Notes under the pieces: generated by a model
Databases searched by the model: none
Told to the model about the DNA's origin: nothing
The model's input: the letters and a program-made list of their open reading frames with translations, nothing else
In this document: positions 26,641 through 32,000 of the stretch, piece after piece
Layout: each line of letters starts with the position of its first letter
How positions within the stretch are numbered: position 1 is the first letter of the stretch
Position numbers and translations under genes: made by a program
Assembly (NCBI RefSeq): GCF_018398935.1
Contig: NZ_CP074694.1
Location: 2,820,001 to 2,852,000, forward strand
Direction: 5' to 3'
Source of the DNA: Telmatocola sphagniphila
Lineage (GTDB): Bacteria > Planctomycetota > Planctomycetia > Gemmatales > Gemmataceae
DNA: 32,000 nucleotides

Positions 26641-29397
26641 ATGGGTATGCCTATTTATTCACATTGGCGTCGTTGGCTCGTCACAGGCATTTGCCTGCTC
26701 GGCGGCCTGATCAGCATTGCCCGAGGTCAACAATCGCAGTATCCGCCGCTGCCTCAGAAGTTCCACGTTGTCATCCACTACAAGATCAGCAACACCCCCG
26801 ATGGTCGTTTCCTCGAATACAAGGAAATGTCCAAATACTTCAATTCCCTGGGATTCGTTCCTTCCCCCCGGGAGGACGCCGATCTGGATGGCGAGAACCC
26901 CAGCGCGGATATGCTACCGGGTACTATCGCCTCCGATAAAGCGGTCTCGCTGCTCAAAGACAAACGGGTGGAAACCCTGCTGATCTGGCCGGAAGATTTC
27001 AAGCTACCCGATGCGGAAGGGAAGAAAGTCAAAGCCATTTTCCATTTGCAGCCCGGCCTGCTGGCTCGCGAACAGCAACTTTTGTTCGAACAGACGCGCG
27101 AGATCCTTCTCAAACAAGGTTTCGAGGAAGACATTGGTTACGATCATCGCGGTTACACCCGATTACGCGGTCTGATACCAACCGTTAATGTGCACGGCCT
27201 GGTCCGCGATATTCGAACGAACAGCAGCGGGTGGTTTTTGCCCGAGCTTCTTAATCGCGAACTGCCCTACCCGATCCGCAGTTTGAATCCCATTCGCATC
27301 ATCCAGGTGCTCCGGGAGGCCGAATCGGCTGCTTTAACGGTCAGCACATTGCCGCCGGCACCTTCCGCGGAATTTTTGAAGCTTTCCGCCGATCTGCGCC
27401 GGGCTCTCGCGGCCGACGGTGGTGCTATTAAGGCCGGCCGGATTGAAATTATCCTGAACTACGAACCTTCCGAGGGCTCGGTCGAATATCGCCAGGCGAT
27501 TCAATCCTTTTCGCCGCAGCCGTTCATCGAAGGCCGTTACGGCAACATTATTACTGTGAAAGTCGACAAGCTGTCGCAAGCCGCCGATCTGGCTCGCATT
27601 CCATTCGTTCTGAGCCTTCGCTTCCCACCCGCAAGTCCGGCAGTATCGGCAGGATCCCCAGCTCCCGCACCGGTTCCCAAGGAGAAGACCAGTTCCCTTT
27701 TGAGTAACATCCGAGCCGTATCATTTGAAGATAATTTTGATATCTTCAAGGCCACCCGATTGAACTGGTTGCATGGCAATCAAGCGAAAGGGGCCAATGT
27801 TCGCGTGGTTCTGATCTCCGACGATTTTTCCGGGATTGGCGCTTACCTGAGCAAAGGGCTCCCCAAAAACACCAAAGTCCTGGACTTGACCGCGTTGCGA
27901 AATGCGAATGTGCTACCCGATCTCAACACTAACATGGGAATCGGTAGTGGAACTCAGCAAGCTCTGGCTGCGGCTCAAGCAGCCCCGGAAGCTCAGTTCA
28001 CTTTGATTCGCGTGGATTTGAGTTCTCCCCACTTGGTTCTGGACGTGGCCAAATACATCAAGGGCGACACCTTCATTTGCGATGGAATCAAGACCCTTCG
28101 CGAGCGACTGGAGTTTGACACCGAAGTGCGGCAGCGCGAACATGATATCGCCCTGAAGAACTATGAAGAGGCTTTTGCGGATTTTTCAGAGGAGGAAGGA
28201 CCGCAAAAGAAACGCCAGGAAGCTCAGGCTAAGCTGAAGGAAAGCAAGGAGAAACAGGCCGAGATATTCGAACGGACCATGCGTCTCGATCGCCTGGATA
28301 AAGCTCTACAGGATCTGAAGGCGGCCCAGGTCGTGATCAGTTCCGTAAGTTGGAACAGCGGGTATGCCTTGGATGGCTTGAGTCCTCTCAGTCGCTACCT
28401 TGAAGAAAACTTCATCAAGAACGCTCCCCCCGTTATCCGGAATGCCACTCGCCTTCAGAAGCCGAGCCTTTGGTTCCAGGCGGCGGGCGATACTCGCGGA
28501 CAGGACTGGAACGGCAATTATTCCGATCAGGATGGTAACGGCGTACTGGAATTTGGCCCGGAAATCGTCAACGGCAAATGGACTAGGGAATTGAACTTCC
28601 TCGGCTTCCGACCTTTCGGTAAAGCGACGGATGCGAGTCTGCCAGCGAATGCCACGGTGAAAATCACGATTCAATGGCGCGAGCCCCACCTCGAACAATA
28701 TCCCATTGAAGAGTACCGGGATCCGATCAGCGATCTGAAATTGAGTTTGTTGCGTCAGGTCGATCCGAATGCAGAAAAAGTTGCAAACGACGAATTGGAA
28801 GTTGCCGGTTATACCGAGGGAGCGGCGGAAATTCTGAAGCTCACTCCCCGCTATGGCATTTACGAAAGAACCTTCGTGGTGAGCATAGCCACGGCCGGCC
28901 GATATGCCCTTCGAGTGGAAGGGGCAAAACCCAAGACAATCAAACCGCGAAATTTCCCCTCCCTGGAAAAAGAAGACACGCAGTGGGCTCTGAAGCCACG
29001 AATTTTCGTGGAAGCTCTGGATGCTCCCACCAAAGCGGGGGGACAAATTGTCTTCAGCGATTATGAGGTGAAATTAGGGGGGGTCGCTATCCCGGCCGAT
29101 TCCCGCGGCGCGATTGCCGTTGGTGCGATGAACACTCATAAACAGCCCCTGGCTACCTCGGCTTTAGGAGCCGGAGCCGGTGTCGATCTCCTGGTGAAAC
29201 CGGATATCCTGGCCTACGATGCGGTGCCGAATCTGCCGGGTAACAAAGCCGGGGGCACACCGATCGCCGCCTCTTTTGCCGGGGGCATGGCGGCCAGTAT
29301 GCTGAGTGCCGGGGCCCAGCAATCCTGGTTCCTGCAGGCATTGCGGATAGCACCGGGCAGCTATTTCGAGATACCCGACTTCTGGTTCAAACGATAA
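26641..29397 (+). CDS. Secreted 918-aa protein with a subtilase (S8)-like domain that appears catalytically substituted and carries a coiled-coil insertion
   Basis: Signal-like N-terminus WLVTGICLLGGLISIARG. S8-like blocks are VRVVLISDDFSG, GSGTQQALAAAQAAP, WFQAAGD, AIAVGAM, VKPDILAYDAV and GGTPIAASFAGGMAASML. A Lys/Glu-rich helix (ALKNYEEAF...KLKESKEKQAEIFERTMRLDRL) sits between the second and third blocks. Confidence 0.6.
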   Translation: MGMPIYSHWRRWLVTGICLLGGLISIARGQQSQYPPLPQKFHVVIHYKISNTPDGRFLEYKEMSKYFNSLGFVPSPREDADLDGENPSADMLPGTIASDKAVSLLKDKRVETLLIWPEDFKLPDAEGKKVKAIFHLQPGLLAREQQLLFEQTREILLKQGFEEDIGYDHRGYTRLRGLIPTVNVHGLVRDIRTNSSGWFLPELLNRELPYPIRSLNPIRIIQVLREAESAALTVSTLPPAPSAEFLKLSADLRRALAADGGAIKAGRIEIILNYEPSEGSVEYRQAIQSFSPQPFIEGRYGNIITVKVDKLSQAADLARIPFVLSLRFPPASPAVSAGSPAPAPVPKEKTSSLLSNIRAVSFEDNFDIFKATRLNWLHGNQAKGANVRVVLISDDFSGIGAYLSKGLPKNTKVLDLTALRNANVLPDLNTNMGIGSGTQQALAAAQAAPEAQFTLIRVDLSSPHLVLDVAKYIKGDTFICDGIKTLRERLEFDTEVRQREHDIALKNYEEAFADFSEEEGPQKKRQEAQAKLKESKEKQAEIFERTMRLDRLDKALQDLKAAQVVISSVSWNSGYALDGLSPLSRYLEENFIKNAPPVIRNATRLQKPSLWFQAAGDTRGQDWNGNYSDQDGNGVLEFGPEIVNGKWTRELNFLGFRPFGKATDASLPANATVKITIQWREPHLEQYPIEEYRDPISDLKLSLLRQVDPNAEKVANDELEVAGYTEGAAEILKLTPRYGIYERTFVVSIATAGRYALRVEGAKPKTIKPRNFPSLEKEDTQWALKPRIFVEALDAPTKAGGQIVFSDYEVKLGGVAIPADSRGAIAVGAMNTHKQPLATSALGAGAGVDLLVKPDILAYDAVPNLPGNKAGGTPIAASFAGGMAASMLSAGAQQSWFLQALRIAPGSYFEIPDFWFKR

Positions 29398-29408
29398 TTG
29401 GTTTCTTA

Positions 29409-29443
29409 GGCGGAGCGGGATATCCCCTCCGCCCTTTTTGTTT
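29409..29443 (+). terminator. Intrinsic terminator of the 918-aa gene
   Basis: ggcggagcggga (29409-29420) pairs with tcccctccgcc (29423-29433) with one bulge. It is followed by ctttttgttt, 12 nt after the stop codon. Confidence 0.8.
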
Positions 29444-29492
29444 CTGAAGCGGTTCCGCTAGAATAAATTAATTACCACCCTCGGAACCGATC

Positions 29493-30680
29493 ATGTTCGA
29501 TACAGACGAAACGCTAGCTGCAGCCCCTCCGCAACTGGAGCCTCACGATTTCGAAAAGCTTCAGGAAGTGCTGAAATCGGAAGGTCCGCTATCGGCAGCC
29601 GATTGGCTCTGTGCTAAACTCGAAAGCAATCAGGACTATCCTGCTCTCTTCTATGCCCTGCTGATGAAGAAGCGGATCGAACTCGGCATCTCTCCCTTCC
29701 CGGCGGGGCCCTCTTCCGATATTCCTCGAGAGTATCACGAGGCCTACGAAGAGGCGATTCGCACGGCCGGACGGAAAGTCGGCGAGCTCTTCCTTGCAAA
29801 AAACGACTTCCCCCGAGCCTGGACTTACTTCAACATGCTCGGCGAGACGCAACTGATTGTGGACGCCTTGGAAAAGTATGAGCCGGGACCGGAAGAGAAT
29901 ATCCAACCGCTCATCGAAGTGGCTTTGTACCATCAAGTGAATATTCCCCGCGGCTTCGATCTGATTGTCGATCGATACGGGATCTGCAACGCCATCACCA
30001 CTTATAGCGGTTTCGATTTTTCAAAAAATCTTCCCGCTCGACAGCATTGCATCCAAAAATTGGTTCGGTCGCTGCACGCCCAACTCGTGGAGCGTATTCG
30101 AAACGATCTGGAAACTCGCGGCGAAACTGTTCCGGCCGGGGCAAGCATCCCGATCATGCTGGAAGGTCGAGAATACCTGTTCGAAGACGGCGCTTACCAT
30201 ATCGACACTTCGCATCTGAATTCGATTGTCGAGTTCTCGCTGCATCTGGAGAACTGCCCGGAACTCAATCTCGCTTCCGAACTGGCTCTCTACGGTTCCA
30301 GACTGAGTGGCAGTTTCCAGAACCAGATGGATCCCCCCTTCGAGAACAGCTACGCCGATTACAAGGTCTATCTGGATATCCTGCGCGGCGTGGATGTTGA
30401 AGCCGGCCTCAAACACTTCCGCGACAAAATCGACCCGGCCTTCTCCGAAGAGTTCACCCTTCCTGCCGAAATCTACGTCAATCTGCTGCTGCGCTTGGGC
30501 CGAATGGACGAAGCTCGGGCAATCGCCAAGAAGTATTTATCCGAGGTTCAAGGTCGGCAGATGGCCTGTCCCGGCGTTTACGAACTCTGTCTGCAGGTGA
30601 AAGATTTTCAGGGACTTTCCGATGCGGCTCGTAGTCGGGCGGATGGAGTCAGCTTCCTCGCGGCGCTGGCCTCCCAGTAA
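29493..30680 (+). CDS. Hypothetical cytoplasmic protein (395 aa), mostly helical by composition
   Basis: Long ORF with coding-like composition, no strong competing ORF, and no motif I recognise. Confidence 0.6.
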   Translation: MFDTDETLAAAPPQLEPHDFEKLQEVLKSEGPLSAADWLCAKLESNQDYPALFYALLMKKRIELGISPFPAGPSSDIPREYHEAYEEAIRTAGRKVGELFLAKNDFPRAWTYFNMLGETQLIVDALEKYEPGPEENIQPLIEVALYHQVNIPRGFDLIVDRYGICNAITTYSGFDFSKNLPARQHCIQKLVRSLHAQLVERIRNDLETRGETVPAGASIPIMLEGREYLFEDGAYHIDTSHLNSIVEFSLHLENCPELNLASELALYGSRLSGSFQNQMDPPFENSYADYKVYLDILRGVDVEAGLKHFRDKIDPAFSEEFTLPAEIYVNLLLRLGRMDEARAIAKKYLSEVQGRQMACPGVYELCLQVKDFQGLSDAARSRADGVSFLAALASQ

Positions 30681-30729
30681 ATCAATTCTTCATCAGTAAT
30701 TCTCATTCGCGAAAAAAATCGGGAATAAT

Positions 30730-30760
30730 ATGTCTTTTTGATCTCACTCAAAAAAGACAT
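30730..30760. promoter_or_regulatory. Perfect 10-bp hairpin just upstream of the next gene start
   Basis: atgtcttttt (30730-30739) pairs with aaaaagacat (30751-30760), with an 11-nt loop. It ends 8 nt before ATG 30769 and has no U-tract on the + strand. Confidence 0.35.
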
Positions 30761-30768
30761 GGATTCCC

Positions 30769-32000
30769 ATGAAAGACCGATTGCGCGCGGATAAGCCCTG
30801 GGTTCTCCTATTCTGGAGCATTGCCGCCACATTCGGGACTTATTTCTGCATGTATATGTTCCGCAAACCCTTCACGGCGTCGGCGTATGAAGGGGAAACA
30901 CTCGGTAGCTTCAAGTTCAAAACGGTAATCGTCACCTCCCAAGTACTCGGTTATACGCTCTCCAAATTCCTGGGAATTAAAATCGTCTCGGAAATCAATC
31001 CGCAGCGCCGCGCCTGGTTGATTCTAACTCTGATATCGCTCTCCGAAATTTCTCTAATCCTCTTCGGCCTCACCCCGACACCTTACAATCTGATTTTCAT
31101 GTTCTTTAATGGTCTCCCCCTGGGAATGGTCTTCGGGCTGGTCATCGGCTTTCTCGAAGGACGTCGGATGACGGAGGTCATGACCGCCGGTTTGTGCGTC
31201 AGCTTCATTGTCGCAGGAGGTCTGGCCAAGAAGGTCGGAAAGCATCTGCTCGATTTCGGCGTCCAGTCGCACTGGATGCCCGCCGTTGCCGGAATTTTAT
31301 TCCTGCCCGTATTAATTGGATTCGTCTGGATGCTGACGCAAATTCCTGCTCCCACAAGCGCTGACGAAGATGCTCGATCGCAACGCGTTCCCTTGAATCG
31401 CGAAGACCGCCGAGCATTTTTTCGAAGTTATTCTTTCGGACTGACTAGCATCATCCTGGCATTTCTGCTGATTACGGTTCTTCGAGGCATACGAGACGAT
31501 TTCGCTCCGGAGATCTGGAAAGCACTCGGATCAGATGCCAAGCCAGACGACTTCTTTTTTCCGGATCTTATCGTCGGATTGGGAGTTCTAGTGACCTGCG
31601 GGGCAACGGCGTTTCTGCGAAACAATCGAGGAGCATTTTATTGTGCATTAGGGCTATCCATCCTTGGCCTCGTCCTGGTATGTTTCGCACTCATCGGTAT
31701 AAGAGCGGAATTATTATCCCCGTTCTCGTTTATGGTTGTTCTGGGACTCGGTCTTTACATTCCCTATGTAGCAGTGCACACGACCCTTTTTGAACGTTTG
31801 ATTGCCATGACGCGATCGAAAGGCAATCTCTGCTATCTGATTACCCTTTCGGATTCGTTCGGATATCTGGGCACAGTATTCCTGATGCTCGGCAAGGATT
31901 TTTTCAACACCGGTAACTTCGTTAAAGATTTCTTCGACCTCATTGGCTGGATTGTCGCGATTGTCGGCATAGTGGCGTTTGCCTCTGCCGGAATATACTT
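30769..32000 (+). CDS. Polytopic membrane protein (MFS-like), 3' end beyond the window; absent from the ORF track
   Basis: ATG 30769 (MKDRLRADKPWVLLFWSIAATFGTYFCMYMFRKPF...). No stop codon through base 32000 (410 codons). It contains many hydrophobic segments, for example LILFGLTPTPYNLIFMFFNGLPLGMVFGLVIGF. Confidence 0.75.
   Translation, partial: MKDRLRADKPWVLLFWSIAATFGTYFCMYMFRKPFTASAYEGETLGSFKFKTVIVTSQVLGYTLSKFLGIKIVSEINPQRRAWLILTLISLSEISLILFGLTPTPYNLIFMFFNGLPLGMVFGLVIGFLEGRRMTEVMTAGLCVSFIVAGGLAKKVGKHLLDFGVQSHWMPAVAGILFLPVLIGFVWMLTQIPAPTSADEDARSQRVPLNREDRRAFFRSYSFGLTSIILAFLLITVLRGIRDDFAPEIWKALGSDAKPDDFFFPDLIVGLGVLVTCGATAFLRNNRGAFYCALGLSILGLVLVCFALIGIRAELLSPFSFMVVLGLGLYIPYVAVHTTLFERLIAMTRSKGNLCYLITLSDSFGYLGTVFLMLGKDFFNTGNFVKDFFDLIGWIVAIVGIVAFASAGIY

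Overview
The window looks like a Planctomycetota-type chromosome segment. The taxon is inference only, from PEP-CTERM sorting tails, sulfotransferases and rve/HTH insertion sequences. It falls into three blocks.

(i) 1-9430: ordinary metabolism. It holds a 2Fe-2S ferredoxin, a MurQ etherase fused to a BadF/NagK-type sugar kinase, a PAT-like GNAT and a three-gene sulfotransferase cluster. An orphan PEP-CTERM tail and a KatG with an apparent signal peptide follow.

(ii) about 9480-23310: a heavily rearranged accessory region, AT-richer in parts by eye, ending at tRNA-Val(CAC).
- A large beta-helical PEP-CTERM surface-protein gene is broken twice.
- Two 1.85-kb IS1380-like copies sit in direct orientation. 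Each lies inside a gene with a CTAG-centred target duplication, and each host reading frame can be restored exactly. One copy carries a 2-bp frameshift.
- A 3.8-kb block holds two rve-type DDE transposases and two HTH/coiled-coil ORFs, each split by a -1 frame change.
- A 46-codon integrase-like stub lies next to the tRNA.
- Just downstream of the stub is an orphan 367-aa protein with an RNLVAH (Rx4H) HEPN-type motif. This is my best candidate for an undescribed defence or abortive-infection function.

(iii) 23376-32000: core-like genes. These are an M24 peptidase, a 2-hydroxyacid dehydrogenase, an SDR, a hypothetical protein and a 918-aa secreted subtilase-like protein whose catalytic His, Asn and Ser positions look substituted. 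A polytopic membrane protein runs off the window and is missing from the ORF track.

No CRISPR array or rRNA was seen. All family calls rest on motifs recognised by eye, with no database search.
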